Part shown: positions 19,524 through 29,340 of the stretch, piece by piece | How the letters are laid out: each line of letters begins with the position of its first letter | How positions within the stretch are numbered: position 1 is the first letter of the stretch | Source of the DNA: a virus | Strand: one strand, 5' to 3' | Length of the DNA: 64,000 bases | Virus record (IMG/VR): IMGVR_UViG_3300027704_000008 | Location: 74,623 to 138,622 of that record | Made by a program: the position numbers and the translations under genes | The notes under the pieces: model-generated | The model's input: only the letters and a program-made list of their open reading frames with translations | Told to the model about the DNA's origin: nothing | Database searches by the model: none

Positions 19524-19887
19524 AGACAAAAGAGTATCAACCAGGATCCAGGGTTCAGATTAAGATCAATGATGAGTGGGTAACAGGAATAGTTGACGAT
19601 AACTTATCAATACAATATTTTATTACCCTCGATAACTCTCGTGGATCGGCATATATATTTAAACATCAAACCGATATTATTAGGGAAGTTCAATAATGAA
19701 AGGTCTACTGATAACAAGTTGTGGCGACAGCATGCGTTGGTATGCTGACAAAGTCGGCGAAGTGGTTCCGTTGCTAGGTGTAGAGCGCACAGAATACAAG
19801 TCTCGTGAAGATGCCGGATACATTAACTTTGTGCAAGTGACCGATGCTGAGATAGTTGAAATCCCTCCCCCCGAGCATTAAAAAGTT

Positions 19888-20184
19888 GTGAAAAGAGAAA
19901 TACATACAATGGAAGATTGGGACAACCTTATTATGGAAAAGGCTGATGAACGTATAATGATAGCTAAAAAATTAATTGAAGAAATATTAGATCAGTCATT
20001 ATTGGATGATGGAATTGATAGTTTCGACGAAATGGATTCATTATCTAGGTTGACAACTATTATGGACCTGGAGGATGCCCTCGACATTAGTATCCCAATC
20101 AATGACGTTGATACCATAACATGCCGGGACGAGTTTGTTTCCAAAGTAATTGTGATGTCTGGTTTGTCTGGATCCGCGGCATGA
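19888..20184 (+). CDS. acyl carrier protein-like
   Basis: MDSL..L..IMDLED...ISIP phosphopantetheine-site pattern; acidic. Confidence 0.65.
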   Translation: MKREIHTMEDWDNLIMEKADERIMIAKKLIEEILDQSLLDDGIDSFDEMDSLSRLTTIMDLEDALDISIPINDVDTITCRDEFVSKVIVMSGLSGSAA

Positions 20185-20331
20185 CACTGGAGGACGCTAT
20201 TCGTGTCGTACTGGAGCAAGGTATATATGGTGCCAATACCATCTTCCCCCGAACACAGAGAGATGATAATTTATCACTTGAACAAATGCGGCTGATTGAA
20301 GCAATCGGTGTATTGAAGGAGCATGTAAATA

Positions 20332-21120
20332 ATGAAAACGATGACCGCAGGGATGATGATGTCCGCGGGGGAGCCTATCGCGGCACCGTCGTTCTTGGTG
20401 CTGAGCGACATCCACAATGAGCACAAGCAGTTTGCTGCAGCGCACTCATACGCATCAGCCAACAACCTACATATTATTAGCGTGGGCGATGTGGTTGACT
20501 ACGGCACAAATGCTGCCTCTACCATTACCCTCTCCAACATGCTACTACAACGTAGGGAAGCAACGTTCATAGAAGGTAACCACGACAATAAAATATACAG
20601 ATATCTTAAAGGGAACGATATTAAAGTGTCGTATGGTATGGCCCCTACAGTTGAGGCGCTTCGTGATGACACTATCAAGAATTCCTTTATCAACTTATAC
20701 GACCATATGATGACTCATGTTGTTATAGGAAATACCCATATAACTCATGGAGCTTTCACGTCCTCATACTGGACAGATGGTCCTGTTGGTAAAAAGTTTA
20801 ACAGGTCGAGGTTATATGGAGAAGTGGATCCTGATAAGCCCACCATCCAATATAATGGTTTCAACTATCCGGCAAGGACATACGATTGGGTTAACGATAT
20901 ACCTAAAGGTAAGACGGTTATTGTCGGACACGACATGAGTCCATTCAGTAGCGGCCACGACAACATAGATGGTGTGTTAACCACAGTGAACGCTCAAGGC
21001 GGCACGTCCATATTCACAGACACTGGGAGCGGTAAAGGTGGTTTTATCAGTGGTGTTGTAATCAATCGGAATGGGGACGTGTTGGAAACTGTTAAGTTTA
21101 AAGATTGGAGCGATGGTTGA
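20332..21120 (+). CDS. calcineurin-like metallophosphoesterase (PNKP/Ser-Thr phosphatase-like)
   Basis: DIH, GDVVDYG, GNHD, HG, VGH, DTG. Confidence 0.85.
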   Translation: MKTMTAGMMMSAGEPIAAPSFLVLSDIHNEHKQFAAAHSYASANNLHIISVGDVVDYGTNAASTITLSNMLLQRREATFIEGNHDNKIYRYLKGNDIKVSYGMAPTVEALRDDTIKNSFINLYDHMMTHVVIGNTHITHGAFTSSYWTDGPVGKKFNRSRLYGEVDPDKPTIQYNGFNYPARTYDWVNDIPKGKTVIVGHDMSPFSSGHDNIDGVLTTVNAQGGTSIFTDTGSGKGGFISGVVINRNGDVLETVKFKDWSDG

Positions 21121-21583
21121 ATGGATAGATTTATGATTACCTTTGGGGTTGGCCATAAAAGTAATTCTGGGGAAAACTTACAGCACGCCTATGTGATAAT
21201 AGAGGCTAAGGATGACGAAGGTGCCCGCAGGCAAGCGTTCAATCTTAGGGGAGACCGTTGGTCAAACATCTACGCACTTCACTCATTGCAGTTTCTGGCT
21301 AAGAAGTGGAACCTAACTCAACTACAGCTGGACCAGGTGCAGCTAAGCGATAAGGAGCTGCAACGATGAGCGGTTGGTTGGTAGCTTTGACCGGAGTGAT
21401 ATATTTTTACATATGTGCTGAGCAAGTGTACAAGGATAATGTTCCCATGGCAATATGTTACGCGGGATATGCTTTTGCTAATATAGGTTTATATCTTGCG
21501 GTCAGTAAATGATATGTTGTCTTATTGCTATACTAGTGTATAATACATAGTATAGATTTAATAAAATGTGCAAGTGAGTAATT

Positions 21584-22288
21584 ATGACATTTAATCACGT
21601 CCAGAAAGTTGAACTGAAACCTCTCGAGCGGGTTGAGGTTCATGGCGTTCGCCACTACTTGTCGGAAGGAACAGATCTCCAGCTGGCTGTTCCTTCCGTC
21701 ACCACTGTTCTATCGTCACTGAATACTAGGTGGCTAGAACAATGGAAGAGTCGAGTCGGACATAAAGAAGCCGAACGAGTATCTCATCACGCGAGTACGC
21801 AAGGTACTTTGGTACACGAGGCCATAGAAGCTCATTGTGGTAATCAACCGCTACCTTCCATGATGCCTCTTGTGCAACTTATGTTTAAGTCATTGCGGCA
21901 AATAGCAGACTCACATATTAATAATATTCACATGATCGAGGGGCAGATGTTGTCCCGCCATCTGAGGGTAGCCGGAACAGTTGACATGATTGCCGAGTGG
22001 GATGGGATCTTGTCTGTAATCGATTGGAAGACCTCGGGCAAACCGAAGAAAGAAGAATGGGTGCACGATTACTTCAAGCAAGAAGCCGCCTACGCTGTTA
22101 TGTATGAAGAAAATGGTGGACCTCCTGTTAGCCAATTAGTCACCGCTATAACTTGTAGTGACGGCAGCTCTCAGGTGTTCATCCAAAAGAGAGATGATTG
22201 GATTGGCGGTTTCATCGAAGCTAGAGACGCGTTTGAACAGCACATCTCGAATACAAATTTAAACACTGAAGCGGGTATTATACTATGA
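21584..22288 (+). CDS. PD-(D/E)XK exonuclease
   Basis: PSVTTVL, GT.VH, AGTVD, IDWKT, Q..AY. Confidence 0.85.
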   Translation: MTFNHVQKVELKPLERVEVHGVRHYLSEGTDLQLAVPSVTTVLSSLNTRWLEQWKSRVGHKEAERVSHHASTQGTLVHEAIEAHCGNQPLPSMMPLVQLMFKSLRQIADSHINNIHMIEGQMLSRHLRVAGTVDMIAEWDGILSVIDWKTSGKPKKEEWVHDYFKQEAAYAVMYEENGGPPVSQLVTAITCSDGSSQVFIQKRDDWIGGFIEARDAFEQHISNTNLNTEAGIIL

Positions 22289-22672
22289 GTAGAACATTTA
22301 TCAAGAACGGATATGTATTTGTATATAGAAGCGATGATTATAGAGTCGAGGCTCTTGCCTCCGCAAGAAGTGGTAGTGGGTTTGAACTGGTTACAATGGC
22401 TGACACTGTTATTGATTTACAGACAGGCAACGTTATCAAAGATATCACTGGCGCCACCGCAGATGATTATCCAGAATCATGGATAGATGATATGGAAAAG
22501 ATACGATATGACGTTGTATCTGCCGCTATACAACAAAGGTTAAGCTCCCTCTGAACAAGCCACCTCTGATCGACGATGTAATCCATTGATTCTATTGGAA
22601 TATATCAACTGTTGACTCCCCCAAGGAATTCCTCTATAATAGCCCTATTGAATCAATATATGGAGGTGCATT

Positions 22673-23020
22673 ATGGAAGTCATTCGTGAGATTACAAAGT
22701 GGGAAACGGACCAACCGAATCACACTTACCTGGTTGATGGTAATAAGATGTTAGGTTATATCAAGGTTGATACGACCGAGCCCATAATGATGAAAGCTCC
22801 TATCATGTTCGATAAAGCACGTCGTAAGTTCGAGGTCCTAATCACAGCAAAGGGATGTCGTAACAGTATGGCACCGTTCCCTATGATTAAACAAGAACCG
22901 GTGTCAGCCTCTATCAAAGAAGTAATAGGATCAAAGGGTCACACTTATTATGTCGACACTGTGAAAGGAACCTGTACCTGCCTAGGTAATAAGTTCAAAG
23001 GAACATGCAAGCATGTTTGA
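22673..23020 (+). CDS. hypothetical protein with C-terminal SWIM-like zinc finger
   Basis: GSKG..Y.V...CTC......CKH. Confidence 0.65.
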   Translation: MEVIREITKWETDQPNHTYLVDGNKMLGYIKVDTTEPIMMKAPIMFDKARRKFEVLITAKGCRNSMAPFPMIKQEPVSASIKEVIGSKGHTYYVDTVKGTCTCLGNKFKGTCKHV

Positions 23021-23028
23021 GGAGTAAT

Positions 23029-23706
23029 ATGATAGTAAGTTTAGTAAGCTATTCCCAGCCACCAAAGTCAACCGCCACTCACAATATAGATCATAAGTCT
23101 CTCAAAGAGATGATCATATATTGTGCTAGAGTGAGCAATCCATCTAACCAGTCCTCCGCAGATACGGATGATCGTCTGTTAAAATATCTGGCAAATAATT
23201 CCCACTGGAGTCCATTCGAAATGGTCAATGTGTGCCTATACATTGAAACCACCAGGGACATAGCTCGACAGGTATTGCGGCATAGATCATTCTCATTTCA
23301 AGAGTTTTCTCAGCGTTACGCCAATCCCGTTTCCGAGTTTAAGTTTACATATAGGGACGCTAGGTTCCAGGACAAGACCAATAGACAGAATAGCATCGAG
23401 ATGGATCCTTCAGACCCTATTCAAAGAGCGTTGAACGAAACTTTCCGTATGAAACAAGCTGAGCATATTCGTAATGCCAAAGACATATACAAATGGGCAT
23501 TGGACAATGGCATAGCTAAGGAACAGGCTCGAGTTGTGCTACCTGAAGGTAATACGACTAGTAGAATGTATATGAATGGAACATTGCGAAGTTGGCTTCA
23601 TTACATTGAGCTACGGGAAGGTAATGGTACTCAATTAGAGCACATGATGATAGCGAAACAGTGCGCCAAGGTAATCCATGATGTATTTCCGGTTGACTTT
23701 ATATAA
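23029..23706 (+). CDS. thyX: FAD-dependent thymidylate synthase
   Basis: HWSPFE, RHRSFSFQEFSQRY, EQAR.VLP. Confidence 0.96.
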   Translation: MIVSLVSYSQPPKSTATHNIDHKSLKEMIIYCARVSNPSNQSSADTDDRLLKYLANNSHWSPFEMVNVCLYIETTRDIARQVLRHRSFSFQEFSQRYANPVSEFKFTYRDARFQDKTNRQNSIEMDPSDPIQRALNETFRMKQAEHIRNAKDIYKWALDNGIAKEQARVVLPEGNTTSRMYMNGTLRSWLHYIELREGNGTQLEHMMIAKQCAKVIHDVFPVDFI

Positions 23707-23748
23707 TAGCTCATGTATAATATACCATTATTAAGGGATAATTTAGTT

Positions 23749-24120
23749 ATGGAAAAGTCTATTTGGGTTACCTTTCAAAAAGAAGGCATACATTGCTATC
23801 CGGATGCTCCCACTGGAGTGGAGTTCTTGAAGCACCCACACCGTCATATGTTTCACTTCCGTGTTGAAGTTGAGGTATTCCATGACGATAGAGATATTGA
23901 GTTCATCTTATTCAAGAGAGAACTTGAACAGCAATTCGATGGAGGACAGATGGATCATAAAAGCTGTGAGATGTTGGCAGTGGATGTGATCAATTATGTC
24001 AACCGCGAATATCCATACCGATGGATCACCGCAACGGTATCCGAGGATGGGGAAAATGGAGGAACAGTACGATTCGTTCCAAAATCACATTATGTAGAAA
24101 CGAAAGGAAACATTGAATGA
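23749..24120 (+). CDS. second QueD-like T-fold protein (candidate DpdL-type CDG decarboxylase)
   Basis: H.YP, LKHPHRHMF (LxxxHRHxF), DRDIEF, SCE.LA, VSEDGENG. Confidence 0.65.
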   Translation: MEKSIWVTFQKEGIHCYPDAPTGVEFLKHPHRHMFHFRVEVEVFHDDRDIEFILFKRELEQQFDGGQMDHKSCEMLAVDVINYVNREYPYRWITATVSEDGENGGTVRFVPKSHYVETKGNIE

Positions 24121-24314
24121 ATATGAAAGATAATATACTCAGCATGCTGAGTCGAGGTACCCTGCGTACAAACTATGATATGGCAATCGAGCTGGGAACA
24201 ACTGAAGCAACCATCCGCGCTCGGATCAGTGATCTTCGTTTAGAAGGCGAGCCGCTACAAGCTGCGAAGATTCGCGACGTCACATATCGCAAAGCTTGGA
24301 TGCTGGCTGCATGA
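24117..24314 (+). CDS. small winged-HTH protein
   Basis: MA.ELG....IRARISDLR..G. Confidence 0.6.
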   Translation: MNMKDNILSMLSRGTLRTNYDMAIELGTTEATIRARISDLRLEGEPLQAAKIRDVTYRKAWMLAA

Positions 24315-25135
24315 CAGCTTTTTGTCATATTAGCCCAACGGAATTCCTTCCTCTGTTTAGCAGAGGGAGGAAGTCTCATCTAATATTAGCGCATCTGGTT
24401 GAGCAGGATGATGCATATGCCACTTTCTTTAAAAATGAGACGGGGCTAAAGATTTTAGATAACAGCGCATTTGAAATGTATAAGCAGGGTCGAGAGATGT
24501 ACGATCCTTCCAAGCTATTGGAAATGGCTAAACGTGTTGAAGCCAACTACATTGTGATGACGGACTATCCTGGCAAGCCTTCATCAAAGGGTATCAAGAT
24601 AGCTCAACAGCAAGCCAGTATCTTCAAGGATGCGGGATTTGGGACATTCTTTGTTCCACAATCGAAGGTCGGTGACCTCGACGACTTGATATCAGCTTAT
24701 ATGTGGGCAGCTCAAGCACCAGAAGTAGGATACATAGGGTTTAGTATCCTGGGTATCCCTAATGCCTATGGCGTCGAAAAGAAGAACAAACTACAAAGAT
24801 TCAATGCCCGCTGGAAGTTCTTGCAAGAGTTGGACAAGACGGAATTCTGGAGATTGGCTAAGGGTAAGAAAATGCATCTGTTGGGAATGGTAGACGGCCC
24901 CAACGAGATTGCTCTATTGCGCCCATGGTTATCCAAATTCCTGACATGGGATAGTAGCGCAGCAATTTGGGCTGGATTGAACGGTGTATCGTTTGACGAA
25001 TCCCCAACAGGATTAATCAACGGAAAGTTTGAGACTGAAGTTGACTTCGGGTATAATGTGTGGGATAGTAACATCTCAACAGCAATGGATAATGTTAAGG
25101 TCATAGATAAATTATGTCGAGAGAACACCGAATAA
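24311..25135 (+). CDS. TGT-fold deazaguanine transglycosylase-like (DpdA family candidate)
   Basis: ILDNSAFE, V..D, FFVPQ, HLLG, TWDSS motifs resembling TGT/DpdA barrel; que-gene context. Confidence 0.6.
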   Translation: MTAFCHISPTEFLPLFSRGRKSHLILAHLVEQDDAYATFFKNETGLKILDNSAFEMYKQGREMYDPSKLLEMAKRVEANYIVMTDYPGKPSSKGIKIAQQQASIFKDAGFGTFFVPQSKVGDLDDLISAYMWAAQAPEVGYIGFSILGIPNAYGVEKKNKLQRFNARWKFLQELDKTEFWRLAKGKKMHLLGMVDGPNEIALLRPWLSKFLTWDSSAAIWAGLNGVSFDESPTGLINGKFETEVDFGYNVWDSNISTAMDNVKVIDKLCRENTE

Positions 25136-25203
25136 GCAAAGAGCACTTTCTTCAGGGTCCCGATAGTACCATGAAACAAAAGTCCTACAGAGTGACCACT
25201 AAG

Positions 25204-25476
25204 ATGAAGTACAAGTATAATGAGGATAAGTATATAGCTGAAGCTCTCGAGTACATATCGTCTACGTATGGGGAGCATTATGTCGGAGAGGATCAGAGTA
25301 AAACTCAGGTCGTCGATCTGTGGGAGTCTCTAGGAAGTCTTGACACCACAGCACGAGATACTGGAATCAAATACTTAGCTCGTTACGGGCGCAAGGGTGG
25401 CCATAACAAAAAGGACTTAATGAAGGCAATCCATTACACAATATTATTGTGGCATGCAACCGCGGACAAAGAATGA
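25204..25476 (+). CDS. DUF3310-like (T7 gp1.7-type nucleotide kinase-like) protein
   Basis: HY, IKYLARYG.K, DL.KA.HY. Confidence 0.7.
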   Translation: MKYKYNEDKYIAEALEYISSTYGEHYVGEDQSKTQVVDLWESLGSLDTTARDTGIKYLARYGRKGGHNKKDLMKAIHYTILLWHATADKE

Positions 25477-25518
25477 GTATAAAATCCAACCCGAAAGGGT
25501 TCATAAAGGAATGAAGTA

Positions 25519-25812
25519 ATGAAAAAAGGTGATGTGGTAACATTAGTGACAATGGCGGGCGAGATTATAGGACGAGTAGCCGAGTCTGATTACGAGACAA
25601 TTACTCTGACGAGCCCACGTCTATTCGTGCAAAAAGCAGAGGGTTCAGGTTTTGCAGCAGGCATTTGCATGACCGGTGTTGGCTATCCGGCAGAGTTGGT
25701 CTTTCGCCAGAACCAAATATTGTCTGTAGTACCTACGGATGATGTCCTGATCGAAGATTGGGCGGCGGCGACATCTGATGCGGGGCCAGCGATATCAGAG
25801 ATTGCACTATAA
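25519..25812 (+). CDS. Sm-like fold conserved phage protein
   Basis: GDVVT.....GEIIGR...ITL..PR. Confidence 0.5.
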   Translation: MKKGDVVTLVTMAGEIIGRVAESDYETITLTSPRLFVQKAEGSGFAAGICMTGVGYPAELVFRQNQILSVVPTDDVLIEDWAAATSDAGPAISEIAL

Positions 25813-26330
25813 TGAGCATGAAACATATAATGGGACCAAACTCAGAATCGTCCTTGACGAATGTTCAAGACGGGGACATTCAACCTAACGCATGCGACCT
25901 AAGGATTGCTGATGTGTTCAAGATTAATCATCAGGTAACTTTTGTGCTTGATGAAGATGGCAAGCAGCATAGAGGGTCAGAGAGGGTGTTGGCTGACGAC
26001 GAAGGATACTATGTGTTCGAGGCCGGACAGTCTTACGAAGTGATTATGGAAAATGTTATCTATGTTGCTCAGGGCGAAGCCGGATGGGTTATTACTCGAA
26101 GCACTCTGAACCGCAATGGTTTATTCTTGACGAGCGGCCTATACGATTCTGGTTATAATGGAATGATGGCTGGCGTGTTGCACAACACAAGCGGTAAGGC
26201 TCGTATCAAGAAGGGAACCCGCATTGGTCAGTATCTGTCGTTTGATGCCGAAGCGTTGCACAACTATGACGGAGATTATGGTTTAGCCAAGGACCACGAT
26301 ACCAAATACAAATCAGGGGGTACAATATAG
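25812..26330 (+). CDS. trimeric dUTPase/dCTP deaminase-fold protein
   Basis: QPNA.DLR, RSTL.R.G, DSGY.G, RIGQ. Confidence 0.85.
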   Translation: MSMKHIMGPNSESSLTNVQDGDIQPNACDLRIADVFKINHQVTFVLDEDGKQHRGSERVLADDEGYYVFEAGQSYEVIMENVIYVAQGEAGWVITRSTLNRNGLFLTSGLYDSGYNGMMAGVLHNTSGKARIKKGTRIGQYLSFDAEALHNYDGDYGLAKDHDTKYKSGGTI

Positions 26331-26875
26331 TGTGAGATGAAATAACGTTGACTCCCAACTTGATGTATGTGATAATGGTATCTGAAATTAATAGGAGTGT
26401 TCATAGTGATATATACCAGCCAATCTCACGACTTCCATGGCCGCAAGCGTAAAAAACCTAAAGTAAAAGGTACATTATACAAGCGGATGGCAACCCCAAG
26501 TTTTAATCCGATGACGAAGCCCCTATATAATTATCGTAACGACGACAAACAGTTTCCTTCTGCTCCGGATGGGATTGGAGCTGTTGCTTCTGCTCCCGAG
26601 GCTAAACGGGTGGAAGGATATACCGTTGCTATTGGATATAATAAAGGAGGTTATCAGGTTATCCCTGATAACGAAATAAAATACATCGGAAAATAGATAG
26701 GCGTATGGAGACGCCGGCAAAATGGAAACACCATTCAGGGAAGAATCGATTGATGGCGGCAGTGATTCAGATTGTATGTTACTACTGTATTCTGTGGTTA
26801 GACAAATAACCGATGAATTATTAGACAAGTGCAACACAAGTGTTACTGACGAGCTTGCTAGAGATAAGGAGCGTC

Positions 26876-27457
26876 ATGAAAATTAGTGTTGTGGGGAACG
26901 CCGCGAGTCTATTTGATAAATTTAACGGTCATATCATTGACTCAGCTGACATGGTAGTTAGATTTAATGGAGGTGTTATTGATCATCCCCAGTGTCAGGG
27001 ATCCAAAACCACCCACCTGGCGTTTTCTATGGAGATGTTTCGGAATAAAGCGAATTTCGGTAAGGTGGTTTACTGGAATACAAACGATCCAGACCTAGGC
27101 TTCCATGATGTGCGGGAAAAGCTACGTGATAAACTTAAAGCAGACCCATCCATTGGTATACTGGTATTGGAAAGAATCAAAGATGTATATCCCGATGCCA
27201 TCGTACAACTTTTTGGTTTTGATTGGAAGCAAACTCACAGCTGGTATCCCCACGCCATAAAGATTGAAGAGCGAGGACAGCTTCGTATCAGCCAACATAC
27301 ACGGAAGCCAATTCACCGCGACCGGTACGGTAAGGCAATTCCTGGACCATTGGAAAACGATTCCGCCTCTGAGAGGCACAGAGGTCACAACTTTATAAGT
27401 GAAAAGCGATATTGTTTGGAACTTATCGACACTCATGGGTGGGTGATATATAAATGA
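26876..27457 (+). CDS. GT29 (sialyltransferase L-motif)-like glycosyltransferase
   Basis: VVGN..SL......ID..D.VVRFN, G.KT, PS.G, L.GFD, H....E. Confidence 0.7.
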   Translation: MKISVVGNAASLFDKFNGHIIDSADMVVRFNGGVIDHPQCQGSKTTHLAFSMEMFRNKANFGKVVYWNTNDPDLGFHDVREKLRDKLKADPSIGILVLERIKDVYPDAIVQLFGFDWKQTHSWYPHAIKIEERGQLRISQHTRKPIHRDRYGKAIPGPLENDSASERHRGHNFISEKRYCLELIDTHGWVIYK

Positions 27458-27548
27458 CAAGATAATTCCCTGTAAAATCAATAAGTTACTCTGTTGACTT
27501 CATCCCGCAATTATAGTATAATATACATTCAAATGACGGGAGGTTACA

Positions 27549-28124
27549 GTGAAGATTGGTTATTTACATGGGTATGCTAGTTACTATGATAGTGAAAACA
27601 TCAAGGTCAAGTCCCTTTCTAAGTTAGGTGAAGTCGTAGGATTAAACATTAATTATAATGCCGGTAATAATGTTATCGACATGGTTTGTAAGTGGTCGAT
27701 CGAACAACGCCTTGATCTAATAGTCGGATGCTCGATGGGAGGTTGGTTAGCTTCTCATGTTGGTGCCGCTTTGGGTGTTCCGAGCGTCATGCTCAACCCA
27801 GCTTTGTCTCCAAGCGCATGTTTGAGAAAATACCTCGATATTCCTGATGGTCAATTTGACTACGGTGGATATCCCATGGAATCGATTGATCCTAACGGAC
27901 TCAGTTCCTACCTGGATATTAATAAAAGTGGTTTCGGACTTGTATTGCTTGAAACTGGTGATCAAGTGTTTTGGTATGAGGACTCTAAATCAGAACTAGA
28001 TAAATACTATGAAGTAATTGTGATACCTGGAGGATCTCATAGGTTTGAGAGCCTTGACGATCAACTGGATCACATAAGCAAACACGTAGAATTATCGGAG
28101 CTTATATACGGTGTTGACCCTTAA
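27549..28124 (+). CDS. YqiA/UPF0227-like alpha/beta hydrolase
   Basis: YLHG, GCSMGG, LNP, D, GGSH.F. Confidence 0.85.
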   Translation: MKIGYLHGYASYYDSENIKVKSLSKLGEVVGLNINYNAGNNVIDMVCKWSIEQRLDLIVGCSMGGWLASHVGAALGVPSVMLNPALSPSACLRKYLDIPDGQFDYGGYPMESIDPNGLSSYLDINKSGFGLVLLETGDQVFWYEDSKSELDKYYEVIVIPGGSHRFESLDDQLDHISKHVELSELIYGVDP

Positions 28125-28734
28125 AGGATTTATCAGTGAACAACGCCTCGACGAGCGATATGTTAATGCCATTGGTGATAGAGACATTGATCTCAAGAAT
28201 CAATACAAACAGCAGGTGTGGGATCTATTGCAATCATCTTATGCTAAGAACGGTGGGTTGATCGGAAACGGTTTCCAGTCTATGGAAACCATGGTACAGA
28301 AGATTCCCATGTGGAAGATGGTCATCAATAATGGCAAAGTTGAAGCGGTGGTGTTATATAAGGATAAGGGCGGTCGCAAGTCAGTAGCAATGGGCAGCAC
28401 TCAAACGCCTTATGCTAGAAAAGCCATATCGAATTTATTCCCAGCAGAACTCCAACGGTCATATGGCGAGAAGTCCAAGAGTGCGCTTGGAGCGTTAATG
28501 AAGATAGTGCCTTGGAGCGTCTTAGAACCATATGTACAGACTCCAGCGCAGGTGAAGAAAGTGTCCAAGGATAGTATTACCTCGTTAAAAGATTTTAAAG
28601 GAACGTTGCCCGATGATGCCAAGGCAACGATATCTAAGTTTCCAGTACTCCTCCCTTATGGATATTTTAGGGAGATTGGTGGCAAGCTATCGTTTAAAGT
28701 AATGATCGGTACACCAGGCAAGACAATTAAATAA
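28111..28734 (+). CDS. hypothetical, probable head-internal protein
   Basis: N-terminus MLTLKGFISEQRLDE resembles the T4 capsid-targeting sequence. Confidence 0.55.
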   Translation: MLTLKGFISEQRLDERYVNAIGDRDIDLKNQYKQQVWDLLQSSYAKNGGLIGNGFQSMETMVQKIPMWKMVINNGKVEAVVLYKDKGGRKSVAMGSTQTPYARKAISNLFPAELQRSYGEKSKSALGALMKIVPWSVLEPYVQTPAQVKKVSKDSITSLKDFKGTLPDDAKATISKFPVLLPYGYFREIGGKLSFKVMIGTPGKTIK

Positions 28735-28903
28735 TGGGAGAATGTGTGATGAGTGATATTTTTACAATAATAGTGTTGGCTATATGGATATCCGGCATTG
28801 TAATAGCGCAAGGATTCCTAAGTACGTTCTTTGCTGTTATAATTCCATTCTGGGCGTGGTACCTAGTTGCCGAGAGGGTACTAACCACATACGGGTTGAT
28901 ATA

Positions 28904-29317
28904 ATGACTAGAATCAATATAATACCAACCCAAGAGTTAGCTGACCAACACCTCGTGGCGGAGTATAGAGAGATGTTTATGGTTGGGTCATCTCTGCAAC
29001 GATCTTTGAAGTCTCCTAATTGGGAAAAGAATAAGAAGACGTGGCCAGAAATGTTTACCCTAAATAGAGGGCACGTTAAGTTCTTCTATAATAAGGGAAT
29101 GTATCTACACAAGAGATATGAACAACTTATTACAGAAATGAAGAGCAGGGGAATGAACCCAGACCCCACCAGAGTGTTTAAAAGACACCAGTGGCCAGAC
29201 GACTTATATAATGATTGGACGCCCACCGCACCAGAGCAAGATATTGTGCGAGAAAGAATAAGGGAACGAATAGCCATCAAGCCCACGTGGTATAGATGGA
29301 CATCTCCTGTCACGTAA
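28904..29317 (+). CDS. denV: pyrimidine dimer DNA glycosylase / endonuclease V
   Basis: MTRIN, L.DQHL.AEYRE, GHVKFFY, KP.WY. Confidence 0.94.
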   Translation: MTRINIIPTQELADQHLVAEYREMFMVGSSLQRSLKSPNWEKNKKTWPEMFTLNRGHVKFFYNKGMYLHKRYEQLITEMKSRGMNPDPTRVFKRHQWPDDLYNDWTPTAPEQDIVRERIRERIAIKPTWYRWTSPVT

Positions 29318-29340
29318 CAGATAATTAAAGGAATACCAAA

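Noticed and set aside
21584-22288. Cas4 as part of a CRISPR system
   Set aside because: Stand-alone PD-(D/E)XK exonuclease common in T4-like phages; lacks the Fe-S cysteine set; no array
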